Shown here piece by piece: positions 39,950-51,629 of a stretch of DNA of 64,000 bases; positions within the stretch are counted from its first letter, which is position 1; each line of letters begins with the position of its first letter. The stretch lies in assembly GCF_020745735.1 (NCBI RefSeq), contig NC_083405.1, positions 64,818,345-64,882,344 on the forward strand, read 5' to 3'. This stretch comes from Hemiscyllium ocellatum. Taxonomy: Eukaryota. The notes under the pieces are model-generated. The model had not been told where the DNA came from and did no database searches. It saw only the letters and a program-made list of their open reading frames with translations. The position numbers and the translations under genes were made by a program.

Positions 39950-42900
39950 ATAGATGCTTAGCAGGTGATGTGTTAGTTGCTTGAGGATCTCTGGCTCAGA
40001 GTTGATGCGTTGGTGTCAGAGCTTTGAACACTATGACACATTAGGGAGGGGGAGAGTTACCTGGATGCTCTGTTTCAGGAGTCATTCATACTCCTCGGAT
40101 TACCTACCTCAAATTCGGTCAGTGGTCAGGGACTGGAGGGTGTGACCACAAGCAAAGCAGGGAGATGGATCCAGGAGGTAGTGCCGAAAGAACCTCAGCC
40201 TTGAGCTTGTCTAACAAGTTTAAGATCCTTGTTCCCTGTGTAAATGAGAGTGGGTGCTGTCGGGAGGATGAGCAAAGCACCATGGTCCAGGGAGCCATTC
40301 ATAAGGGGGGAGAAAAGAGAAATGTAATTGTAATCGGGGATAGTATAGTCAGGGGAATAGACATGTTTTTCTGAAGGCTGTGTTGCCTGCCTTTTACCTT
40401 TGGTTCAGGATATCTCATCTGGACTGCAAAAGAATTTGGACAGGAGAATGGTTCAGTTGTCGTAGTTCACCTAGGGACCAAAAATACAGGTAGAAAGAGG
40501 AAGGGGGTTCTGCTGACAAAATATAAGCAACTCGCGGTGAAATTAAAAAGCAGAACCAAAAATGTGATAATCTCTGGATTACTACAAGATCTACAAGCAA
40601 GTTGGCACAGGGTCAAAGACTGTTACGGGAGAAACAGGTTTGAATCCATTGGACATTGGCACCAGTAACGGGGAAGGAGGGAGCTGTTCCAATGGAACGG
40701 GCTGTACCTGAATCATGCCTGTACTGGAGTCTGGGCAAATCGCATAACTTGGGCTTTTCATTAGGGTTTAAACTAAATAGTGAGGGAGTGGGTTCAGTTG
40801 CATTGAAAATTATGGAAAAAGTTAAAGGGGGGAGTACTGAGTAGGGGTTAAGTTTTCCAGAAACGATTAATAGGGCAGAGATTGGAAAGTGTCAAAAATC
40901 CAACTTCAGGCAGAGCAAATAAGGGGACAACTTTGAGAAATTGATAGCAAGGAAATGATAAAGATTCAGAGGTGTAAAATCTGTGTGGGTAGAGTAGAGG
41001 AACTGCAAAGGAAAAAAGACCCTAACAGGATTTCTGTACAGGTCTCCTAGCAGTAGTCAGGATGTGGGGAAGAAAATAAATCAGGAGATAGAAAAGGAAT
41101 GTAAGAAAGGTGCTATTACAACAATGGGGATTTCAATATGCAGGTGAACTAGAAAAGTCAGGATAGGAGCTGATCTCAAGAATTTGTGGAATGCCTCCAA
41201 GACTTGTTTGGAGCAGCTTGTGGCACAGCCCACTAGGGAACAGGCATTTCTGGATTTAGTGATGTCTAATGAGCACAGGTTGGCAACCATGGTTGTCGAG
41301 GGAAGTCAGGGATAGTACAATAGCAAAAGAAAAAGCATACAATGTGGTGAAGATTAGTGGGAAGAGAGAAGACTGAGAAGCCTTTAAAAATCAGCAGATG
41401 AATACTAAAAAATCAATAAGGGGAAGAAGATAAAATATGAGAATAATCGAGCTCATAATATAAAAGAAGATTGCAAGAGTTTATTTTAGATATCTAAAAG
41501 GCAAGAGAGAGGAAACAGTGGACATTGAACTGCTGGAAAATGAGGCTGGATAATCAGTAATTGGGAACAAAGAAATAGCAGAGGAATGAAAGAGATACTT
41601 TCACAGTGGTAGACACCAGCAACATAAGAAACCTCAAGAGATTCAGGGTCAGGGGTTAGTGGAGTGGCCAACACTAAGGAGAACGTGTTGGGGAAGCTGA
41701 AAGGTCTAATGGCAAATAAATAATCTGGGCCAGGTGGACTATACCCCAAAGTTTTGAAGGAGATAGCTGAGGCAATTATCAAGGTATTGGTGGTGATTTT
41801 TCAGGAATCACTGGAGTCAGGGATGGTCCCAGAGGATTGGGCAATGGTTAATGGTAACAACCCTGTCTAAGAAGGGAGGGAGGCAAAGTACAGGAACCAA
41901 TAGGCTGGTTAGCCTGGCTTCAGTAGTTGTTAAGATTTCACAATGAAATTGCAGAGTTCTTGGAAGCACATAGTAAAATAATGTGGAGTCAGTTTGACTT
42001 CGTCAAGGGGAGATCATGCCTGACAAATTTGTTGGAATTCTTTGAATAAGTAATGAGTACGTTGGACAAATGAGAGCCAATGGACATATTCCATTTGGAT
42101 TTCCAGTAGGTCTTTGACAAAGTACTGCATAGGAGGCTGCTAAATAAGGTGAGGCCATCATGTTAGGGGCAAGGTACTGGCATTGATAGAGGATAGGTTG
42201 ACTGGCAGAAGGCAGAGAGTAGGGATAAAGAAATCATTTTCAGGATGGCAGCTGGCAACTAATGGAGTTCTGCAGAGGTCAGTATTGGTGCATTATAATA
42301 TTTATGCTATCATTAATGAATTGGACAAAGAAACCAAAGGCGTTGTTGCTAAGTTTGCAGATGACACAAAAATAGATGGAGGTACAGGTAATATTGAGGA
42401 AGCTGGAGGGCTACAGCAGGACTTGGATATGCTGTGGGGAATGAACAAAGAAATGGCACATGGAATACAATGTGGAAAAGTGTGCAAAAACAGAAGTTGC
42501 TGGAAAAGCTCAGCAGGTCTGGCAGCATCTGTGAAGAGAAATCAAAGTTAATGTTTCAGGTCCAGCCACCTTCCTCAGAACTGGACCTGAAACATTAACT
42601 TTGATTTCTCTTCACAGATGCTGCCAGACCTGAGCTTTTCTAGCAACTTCTGTTTTTGTTTCTGATTCACAGCATTCGCAGTTCTCTTGGTTTTTATTTT
42701 ATGAGCTTTGATAGGAAGAAGTGTAGACTGTTTTCTAAATGGGGAAAAGCTTGTAAATCTGAAGCACAGAAGGACTTGTGAGTACGAGTTCATGATTCGC
42801 TTAAGGTTAACATGCAGGTTCAGTTGGCAGTTATGCAGATAAAGGCATTGTTCGCATTTTTTTCAAGAGGGTGTGTATACAAAACTAGAGGTGTGTTGCT

Positions 42901-43460
42901 AAGGCTGTACAAGGCTATGGTCAGACCAAATTTGCAATACTAAGCCCTGTATCTAAGGAAATATGTGCTGGCATTGAAGGGGTTCGAGAGGAAGTTAACA
43001 AGAATAATCTCGGGGATGAAGGATTTGTCATGAGGAATGGCTGAGGACTCTGTGTCTATATTCAATGAATATTAGAAGGATGAGGGCAGATCTGATTGAA
43101 ACGTACAGAATACTGAGGGGCCTGGATAGCATGGAGTTCAACAAGATGTTTCCATTAGTAGGAGAGACTGTGACCCAAGAACACAGCTTCAGACTGAAGG
43201 GCCAACTGTTTAGAACTTAGGTATTTCTTTAGCCACAGGGTGGTTGATCTGTGGAACTTATTACCACAGAGGAACGTGGACACCAAGTCACTGAGTGCAT
43301 TTAAGACAGAAATAGATAGGTTCTTCATTGGTAAGGTGATTAAGGGTTAGGGGATGAAGGCAGGAGAATGGAGTTGAAAAACATATCAGCTATGATTGAA
43401 TGGTGGAGCAGACTTACTGGGATGAATAGCATAATTCTGCTCATATATCGTATGGTCCTA
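39950..43460 (+). mobile_element. Long degraded CR1 LINE (ORF1 esterase, EN, RT, tail)
   Basis: SGNH-esterase motif VIVIGDSIVRG (~40330), RT FADDTK (~42355) and a CR1 tail. Confidence 0.9.
42485..42700. mobile_element. Fold-back short Penelope-type element (family B)
   Basis: Near-perfect ~80-bp inverted arms. The minus arm reads gtt-CTGAGGA-aggtggctggacct-GAAAC-ATT-aac. Confidence 0.8.
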
Positions 43461-43481
43461 TCCTAGAATAGAATCTCCATA

Positions 43482-44271
43482 CAGAAGAATCTCGATTATC
43501 CTAATACCAATTATCCGAAAATCAGATTATCTGAAGGAGATCACGAGGTCCCAATGGAAACATTACATCAAAGACGTGTTTCCAACAGTGATCGTGTCTT
43601 TTATTGACAGTGATTAAACAGACATCTTCTACAAATGATTGACCTCCCGCCCTCTCTTTCTCCCCACACTTTCCCTGGAGTTCTACACAGGGGTGACCCT
43701 AAACTTCCCTTCCCCAGATAATCTCTCCAACATTGTCCTATACAGGGCAAGGTGGAACCTGTTTAAAAAGTTATGTGTGAGTGCTATTTGGAGGCTTATC
43801 CCACAAAGGTAGCTGCAGCAGTCTTGTTGTTGGTGTCCAGTCCAGCTGTCCCGGAGATGGGGCGGGGATGGAGGCGGACAGGTTGGGGGGGGGGTGGGGT
43901 GGGTGGGGGTCGGTGTTGAAGGTGGGGTGGTGGTTATGGGGGCAAGAGGAGGTATTAGGGGCGGGGGGAGGTTAGGTGGTGGAGGTAGGTGTTGCACAGG
44001 GTTGGGGCGGGGGAGTGTTGCACACAGTGGGGGGTGGCAGTGTTGCACAGGGTTTTGTTAGGGGTGGGGGAGGTGTTGCATGGGTTTGGGGGCGGGAGGG
44101 TGTTGGGGGCGGGGCCTCGCACACTGTGTGCTGATGCAGTCTCCTGAACGAGGAGCAGATTTTAAAAACTCCAAGCTCCTGAGGAAAGGCATTAAATCGA
44201 TTAACCAAATAATCGATTATCCAAACGAAATAGTGCCTGCCCATCACGTTCGGATAATCGAGAATCCCCTA
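43482..44271. mobile_element. Tigger/pogo-like (Tc1-mariner) MITE inserted in a SINE tail
   Basis: Imperfect TIRs cagaagaatctcgattatcc and ggataatcgagaatccccta with TA on both sides. No transposase. G-rich interior. Confidence 0.75.
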
Positions 44272-44578
44272 TAATGCAGAAAGAGGCCATTCAGCCCATC
44301 AAGTCTGCACCAACCCTAAAATGAGCTTTCCATTCAGCTCAGCCCCCACATTTCCCATGGCTAATCCAGCTAGCCTACATATCTCTGGAAACTACTGGCA
44401 ATTTAGCATGGCCAATTCACCTAACCTGCACATCTTTGGACTGTGGGAGGAAACCGGAGCAAACCCACGCAAACACAGGGAGAATGTGCAAACTCCACAC
44501 AGACACTCATTCAAGGTCGGAACTGAACCCAGGTCCTATGAGGGAGCAATGCTAACCACTAAACCACCGTGCCACCCT
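44272..44578 (-). mobile_element. HE1-like V-SINE (tail tip displaced to 43465-43481 by the MITE)
   Basis: Head gggtggcacggtggtttagtggttagc and V-domain. Confidence 0.88.
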
Positions 44579-44839
44579 GAGGTGAAACTCTGTCTGAACT
44601 CTTTGTCAACCCATACCTCGACAGTGAGTGTCAGGCCATTCAGCTGGAAGATGGCTAAATGCAAAATTATACATCCCGAGTTGAATTTTGCACCTTGACA
44701 AAAAGTACTGAAGTCAGTTGTAGCATCTTCAGTGTTGCTGAGGTGGAGATTAATCAAGTGAAATTAGTTTCAACAAAATTCAAGCTATTTAAAAAGTACT
44801 GGTCTAAATGTAGGACACAGTTTCAGGGTGAAGGGACAA

Positions 44840-45086
44840 TCCTATAGCACTGAGTTGAGGAGGAATTTCTTCAGCCAGAGGGTGGTGAATCCGTGCAGCT
44901 CATTGCCACTGAAGGCTGTGGAGAATAGTCATTGAGTATATTTAAGGCAGAGATAGGTTCGTAATTAGTAAAGGGACGAAAGATTACGGGAAAAAGACAG
45001 AGGAATGGGGTTGAGAAATATGATCAACTGGTGGAACAGATCTGATGGGTTGAATGGCCTTATTCTGCTTCTATATCTTATGGTTT
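44840..45086 (+). mobile_element. CR1 3' tail fragment
   Basis: ttcttcagccagagggtggtgaat...gaatggccttattctgcttctatatcttatggt. Confidence 0.8.
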
Positions 45087-45286
45087 TGATACAAAGCTAG
45101 CAAAGAGACTCACCAAAGATCAGTGCACATCCATACATTGTGGGTGAGGTTTGGGCAATTGTCATAATTTCTTGTTTAACAACTATAGAAGATTGACATA
45201 ATGTTTGCATATACCAATGAATCAGCTGATCACAATAATATCTCGAGTGTTGCATACATGGAATCATTTAACCAATATCTTTAAGA

Positions 45287-45292
45287 TTTAAT
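45287..45292 (-). terminator. Candidate MOCOS polyadenylation signal (ATTAAA)
   Basis: ATTAAA on the minus strand ~420 nt after the stop, in AT-rich unique sequence before the repeats resume. No transcript evidence. Confidence 0.3.
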
Positions 45293-45710
45293 GATTTTAA
45301 CAGTGAGGGACAGGAATTAAAACGAAATCTTTATGAGAATAATGAATAGTATACTCTAAAAATCAATAGATATTAATTGATCTGTATACATTCTTGAAAA
45401 TAATTTGCTATATAAAAAATATAGTAGAATATATCAAGTACAAAGAAAAACTGAAATAACTTAACATTTGGATTCATTTGGACAATTCCTATTTTTAAGG
45501 ACTTCATTCACAGTTACAAACAATTGTATTTTCATTTTTAAATCAGGAAATAGTGCAATACTAATTTGAAAGTCCAGTAAACTGGAATTAACATAGGCTT
45601 TACATTGGAGAACTATGAGTAGAACATTAATTCATAACATCAACAAAGTTATATTGAAGCATTCACACCAAATACACTCATATTCTCATCCATGGAAGCT
45701 GCAGAGAATG

Positions 45711-45839
45711 TCACTGGACAGCAGGAGGAGGAGTAGTTCTTTTTTCTTTCCTCACACAGACCTGAGATCCTACAGTCAGGGTTGCACAGTGCCCTGCTGC
45801 TGCTGGTAGTTGATGAAACAGGTATACACCAAAGGTCAT
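45711..45839 (-). CDS. MOCOS: MOCOS terminal coding exon with TGA stop
   Basis: ttttcccag acceptor. Encodes MTFGVYLFHQLPAAAGHCATLTVGSQVCVRKEKRTTPPPAVQ*, matching the MOCOS C-terminal FGxYL...LxVGSQV pattern. Confidence 0.94.
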   Translation of the reverse strand: MTFGVYLFHQLPAAAGHCATLTVGSQVCVRKEKRTTPPPAVQ

Positions 45840-46696
45840 CTGGGAAAAATATGAAATCGGTTAAAAGGTCATAGATTATTTATTTGACAGACTACCTGGG
45901 TTATATCAAGAAATAAAAAGCTTTAGGAATTTTTGTAACAAGACAACATTTGAAACTGATGATACTGACTTCAAAAACAATGCTCCAGATACAAGAAAGC
46001 ATTAATTTCTCTTTTACTTATCAAACTCATATTTTTATATTATATTTGTTTAAGAAGGTAAGAATATATAGAAAAAAACCTTCTCAATCCATGAAGCCAA
46101 TTACTTTTATGTGCCACTGTACAAATGCTATTAATTTCAACCTCTTTTAGGTAAGCCAAAGAAGTTTGATGTGAAAATATTCCTCAGTACTTAAAGACAA
46201 ACAAGCATTGTTCTAGTCTAACTTGTCAACATATTCAATATACCTGACTGACCTCAAGGAAAATGCCCAGCCCAACAATAAAAAAGACTTCCTGTTATAA
46301 TAGGTTTTTCATGGTGATCAGACATTAAAAAGTGTTTAAAGCCAATTACATGCTTTTGAGTTTAGTCACTCTTGTAATTTAGGAAATGCAAGAACCAATT
46401 TCAAAAGAACAAACTCCCACAAACAATAAAGCAATGATGAGTAAATAACGTTTTTGTAATTTGCTTGATGGACAAATATTGTCCAGGAAATCATGAATAA
46501 CTCCCTCCTCAATTCATGAGGAAATGATCCCATGAGAATATCAGTTCCTGTCCTGCTCAGTTGTAATTTTTTTTATTCATTTGTGGAGCAAAAACGTCAC
46601 TGGCTGGCCAGCATTTATTGCGTGCTCCTACTTGTCCTTGAGAAGATGGTGTTGAACTGCCTTCCACATGCTTTAGGTTTACCCCCAACGTACTTA

Positions 46697-48225
46697 GAAC
46701 ATAGAACATAGAACAATACAGCACAGAACAGGCCCTTCGGCCCACGATGTTGTGCTGAACATTTGTCCTAGCTTAAGCACCTATCCATGTACCTATCCAA
46801 TTGTCGCTTAAAGGCCACCAATGATTCTGACTCTGCCACTTCCACAGGCAGCGCATTCCATGCCCCCACCACTCTCTGGGTAAAGAACCTACCACTGACA
46901 TCCCATGACTATTACCCTGTGGCTTCTGCACCTTTTCAAAATCTGTTTCCCAATCTGTTTCTCCACATCTCTGCTGCTATTGGGGGTCCTATAGTAAACA
47001 CCCAACAAGGTGACTGCTCCTTTCCTATTTCTGACTTCAGCCCATACTACCTCCAAAGGCAGATCCCCCTTGAACTGCCTTTCTTCAGCCATTATACCAT
47101 TTCTAATTAGCAACGCCACACCCCCTCCTTTTTTACCACCCTCCCTAATCTTACTCAAACATCTGTAACCTCCATCAACCATTCCTGTCCCTCTTCTATC
47201 CACGTTTCCGTGATGGCCACAACATCATAGTCCCTAGTACCAATCCACACCTTAAGTTCACCCACCTTATTTCTGATACTCCTTGCGTTGAAGTATACAC
47301 ATTTGGAACCCATCTCTGTATCCGCAAGTATTCCCTGTCAGTGCTACCTTCTCCACAATCTCCCAAATTCTTGGACATCCTGAAAAACAGCTAACCTACT
47401 TGTTAGACTACAAGTCCGGATCCCATCCCTGAAGAGTACTAACAAACCTACCTCCCAGGATATTGGTGCCCTTCTGGTTCAGGTGCAACCCATCCTGCTT
47501 GTACAGGTCCCACCTTCCCCAGAATGCAGTCCAATTGTCCAAATACCTGAAGCCCTCCCTCCTACATCATCCTTGCAGCCACGTGTTCAACTGCACTCTT
47601 TCTCTATTCTTGGCCTCACTGTCACGTGGCACCAGCAACAACCCAGAGATGACGAGACTCTGTCCGTCCTAGCTTTTAGCTTCCAGTCTAACTCCCTGAG
47701 CTCCTGAATGACCTCCCCACCCCTCTTCCTACCTATGTCGTTGGTGCCAATGTGCACGTCATGGACCCTGGCACCCGGGAGGCAACAAACCAATCGAGAG
47801 TCTCACCCATGTCCACAGAACTGCCTGTCTGTCCCTCTAACTATAGAGTCTCCTATAACTAGCGCTCTCTTCCTTTCCCCCTTTCCCTTCTGAGCCTCAG
47901 AGCCAGACCTCGTGCCAGAGACCCGGTCACTGCAGCTTACCCTTGCTAGGCCATCCCCCCCAATAGTATCCAAAGCGGTATACTTATTGTTGAAGGGAAT
48001 GACCACAGGGGATCCCTGCACTGCCTGCTTCCCCACCCTTCCCACCTCTAACTGTTACCCAGCTACCTCTGTTCTCTGGAATAGCTATGTCCCTGTAGCT
48101 TCTATCACTACACGTGTAGTGTCTCGGGTTCCTTCTCCACTAAAATAACAATCACTTACCGTCCCGACCAGCTTTGCGCTCTGACTTCACTTCCGCCCAG
48201 TTCCCGCCGTTCACTGCTGCAAAGA
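46697..48225 (-). mobile_element. Internally deleted CR1 (5' region, ORF1 esterase, EN start fused to the 3' tail)
   Basis: RALVIGDSIVRGTD and CCLPGARV (ORF1), GGGVALLI...GVYYRTPN...VIVMG (EN), then directly the tail ending (gttctat)n. Confidence 0.85.
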
Positions 48226-48425
48226 GCTTTTAAGATTCTCACATGGCTGAAGTGGATTTAGCCTCAATTTAGCCCATAATCTACATTCCCCATTTCCTGA
48301 CTAATATTGTGGTAGTTAGCCTAACCTCAATTTAGTACTTTCACCCTAGGATTACTCTTATTCTTATCCATAAGTAATTTAAATCTTTCTATTCCTGAAA
48401 CACTCCCCCTCTGAAACTTTTCTCA

Positions 48426-48555
48426 GGGTGGCACGGTGGCTGCGTGGTTAGCACTGCTGCGTCACAGCACCAGGGTCCCAGGTTCGATTCCAGCCTTGGA
48501 TGACTGTTTGTGTGGAGTTTGCACATTCTCCCCGTGTCTGAGTGGGTTTCCTCCT
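48426..48555 (+). mobile_element. 3'-truncated HE1-like SINE
   Basis: A-box ggtggctgcgtggttagc and B-box ggttcgattcc. Confidence 0.88.
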
Positions 48556-50573
48556 AAGGGAAGGAATTCCAGGATTTTGACCCAGCAACATTGAAGGAAT
48601 GGTGAGTTATTTCCAAGTGGCTTGGAGGATAGCATGCAGATGGTGATGTTCTGATGTGTCTTCTGCTCATGTCCTTTTAAATGGAAGTAGTCATGTGTTT
48701 GGAAGGTGCAGCCTAAGGATCTTAGGTCAATTTCTGCAGCAAATCTTGTAGATTGTACATGCTGCTGCTACTGAGCGTCAGTGGTGGAAGGAATGGATGC
48801 TTATGAATGTGCTGCCAGTCAAGTGGGCTGCTTTGTCTGAGGTAGTGTCAAGCTTCGTGAGTGTTGTTGGAACTGCACCCATTTGGCAAGTAGGAAATAT
48901 TCCATCTCACTCCTGACTTGTGTGTCATTGATGGTGGACAGGTTTTTGGGAGCCAGGAGGTGACTTGCTTGCCACAGTATTTCTAAATTCTGACCTGTTC
49001 TTGTAGCTACTATGTTTGTATAATGAGTCTGGTTGAGCTTATGATCAATGGTAAGCCCCAGGATATTGATAGTGATGGAGTAAGACCATTGAAGGTCAAG
49101 GGGCAGTGGTTAGATTGTCTCCTTTTAGAGTTGGCCTTTATTTGGCATTTGCGTGGTGTGAATGTTATTTGCCACTTGTCAGGCAAGCCTGAATATTATC
49201 CAGATCTTGTTGCATTTGAACGTGGTCTACTTCAGTATGTGAGGAGTTGAGAATGGTGCTGAACATAGTGCAATCACCAGAGAATATCCCTAAATCTGAC
49301 CTTAAGATGGAGGGAAGGTCTTTGATGAAGCAGTTATGATGGTTGGGTCTAGGAAACTACCCTGAGGAACCCCTGTAGATATGTCCTGGAGTTGAGATGA
49401 TTAACCTCCAAGAACCATCTTTTTATGTGCCAGATATAATTCCAACCAGTGGAAAGTTTCCCTGCAATTCCCATTGATTCCAGTTTTGCCAGGCTCCTTA
49501 ATGCATACATGGTTGAACGCAGCCTTGATGACAAGGGTTGTCACTCTCACCTCACCTCTGGAATTCAGTGATTTTGTCCATGCTTGAACCAAGACTGTAA
49601 TGATGTCAGAAGCTGAGTGGCCCTGGCAGAAGCCAAACTGGGTGCAGCTTTTGCTGAACACTTTTGATGACATCCTCCATCACTTTACTAATGACCGAAG
49701 GTAGATTGATGAGGAGACTGGATTTGTCCTGCTTTTTGTGTCTAGGACATCCCTGGACAATTTTCCACACTGTTGTAATTGTGCTGGAACAGCTTGGCTG
49801 GGGGGGGGGGTATCAATGCTGGATCAGAAATCTTCAGTACTAATGCCGGAATATTATCAAGGCCCATAGCCTTTGCAATATCAGTGCTTCCAATTGTTTC
49901 TTGATATCACATGGAATGAATCGAATTGGCTGGAGACTGAGATGGATCATCCACTTGGCATTTCAGGCTGAAGATTGTGATCAATGCTTCAGCCTTATCT
50001 TTTGCACTGATGTGTTGTCTCTTCTGTCACTGAGGGTGGGGATACTTGCATCGCTGAAGATGAGAAATTTATGGAGTGTCCTCTTCCACTATGTTATTTA
50101 GTTTTCTACAATCATTCATGTCCGGATATGGAAGGACTGCAGAGCTTAGATCTGATCTGTTGGTTGTGGGATCACTTAGATCTGACCATTACTTGCTGCT
50201 TATGCTGTTTGGCATGCAAGTAGTCTTGTTGGTAACTTCATCAGGTTGACACCTCATTTTAGGTATACCTGGTGCTGCTCCTGGCTTGCCCTCCTGGACT
50301 CTCCATTGAACCAGGGTTGACCCCTGGCAGTGTGGTAATAGTAGAGTGGGGACTATGCTAGGCTAAGAGGTAGCAGATTGTGCTGGAGTACAATTTTGTT
50401 GTTGATGGCCCATAATGCCTCCTGGATGCCCAGCTGTGATTTGCTGCATCTGTTCAAAGTCTGTCTCATTTAGCATGGCAACAATTTCACACAACATGAC
50501 AGATGGTCTTCTCAATGTGAAGGTGGGACCTTGATTCCATCAGTACTGTGTGGTGGTCACTCTTCTTGATTCT

Positions 50574-50726
50574 TCAAGGAGAAAGTGAGGACTGCAGATG
50601 CTGGAGATCAGAGCTGAAAATGTGTTGCTGGAAAAGCCCTGAAGAAGGGCTCATGCCCGAAACGTCGATTCTCCTGCTCCTTGGATGCTGCCTGACCTGC
50701 TGCGCTTTTCCAGCAACACATTTTCA
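50574..50726. mobile_element. Fold-back short Penelope-derived element (family A) in the last MOCOS intron
   Basis: 15-bp TSD actcttcttgattct (50559-50573 and 50727-50741). Inverted arms. Confidence 0.9.
50639..50669 (+). ncRNA. Minimal hammerhead core
   Basis: CTGAAGA-a-GGGC-tcat-GCCC-GAAAC-GTC. Core intact, but the 5' arm of stem I is lost at the fold-back junction. Confidence 0.75.
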
Positions 50727-50994
50727 ACTCTTCTTGATTCTGTCATGCATCTGTAACCGGCAGATTGATGAGGATGAGGTTAAATATATTTTTCCCTCTT
50801 GTAGGTTCCCTTACCTGCCACATACCTAGTCTAGCAATTAAGTCCTTTAGGATCAGTAGTGCTACTGTCGAGTCACTCTTGATGGTGGACATTGAAATCC
50901 TCCACCCAAAGTACATTTTGCACTCTTTCATACAACAAAGCACAACACAATTGTCAGTTCCACTTCTGAAGTAAATAGAGGAGACAGCAATTAC

Positions 50995-51099
50995 CTTTCT
51001 GTTCCTGGATGAATATAGAATCTGCAGGGGTTCAGTGCTTCTTTTTCCATTCATTTGATTAATGCAAATCATTTGGCATCTGTTGCACAGTCCTACAAT
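50995..51099 (-). CDS. MOCOS: MOCOS penultimate exon, 105 bp
   Basis: ttttgcag acceptor and gtaatt donor, phase 0/0. Encodes IVGLCNRCQMICINQMNGKRSTEPLQILYSSRNRK with the MOSC CxRC motif. Confidence 0.96.
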
Positions 51100-51629
51100 C
51101 TGCAAAATTTTATATACATCATCACTGTGCATATTTTGAACTATAAGGACAAGTACATAAGGATCTTGTGTCATTTTATAATTAGCTTTCAGCTGGGAAC
51201 AAGAATTCAAAATAAAGTGTATACCAGTATTAGAAAACAGAGTATTAGATTAAAAAAAGTAATCAATTTGCAGTTATGAATTTTGCAGTCACCAGGTCCA
51301 AAGAAATCGAAGAATTCTTACATAGTTCAATCATATAATTTTTCATCATCCCCAAATATGACATACAAAGGATTTCCACCATTTTTCACAGTTTTTCTTG
51401 CTGCATTCTCATATTAGAAATCAATTATTCTATTTGTATTCTTATACTTTTGTTCATAATTCTCAATTTAACATGCTTGAAATAATTTCCCAATTTTTGG
51501 ACTTTCATCCTTTTTCAAATGAAATGGGTTTTGAATATGAATCCCATTGCCTCGCTTAGTTGCCAGTCATTTTTGTGAACATCCTACCAAGTGATCCCAT
51601 AAGTTGACAGAAGTATATGGATGATGATC

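Larger units (their letters stand above)
46563..50930 (-). mobile_element. CR1/L2-group LINE (tail 46563-46695; body 48556-50930) with nested insertions
   Basis: RT remnants FGFCQGHSASD and IKAAFNHV. The tail sequence continues across the 46696-48555 insertions. Confidence 0.8.

Noticed and set aside
45705-45713. Stop-codon readthrough of MOCOS (TGA-C)
   Set aside because: The context is TGA CATT, not the TGA CTAG readthrough motif, and the protein ends where expected.
50743-51210. 155-aa ORF as a standalone gene
   Set aside because: Only 35 codons are the MOCOS exon. The rest is intron reading into a LINE fragment.
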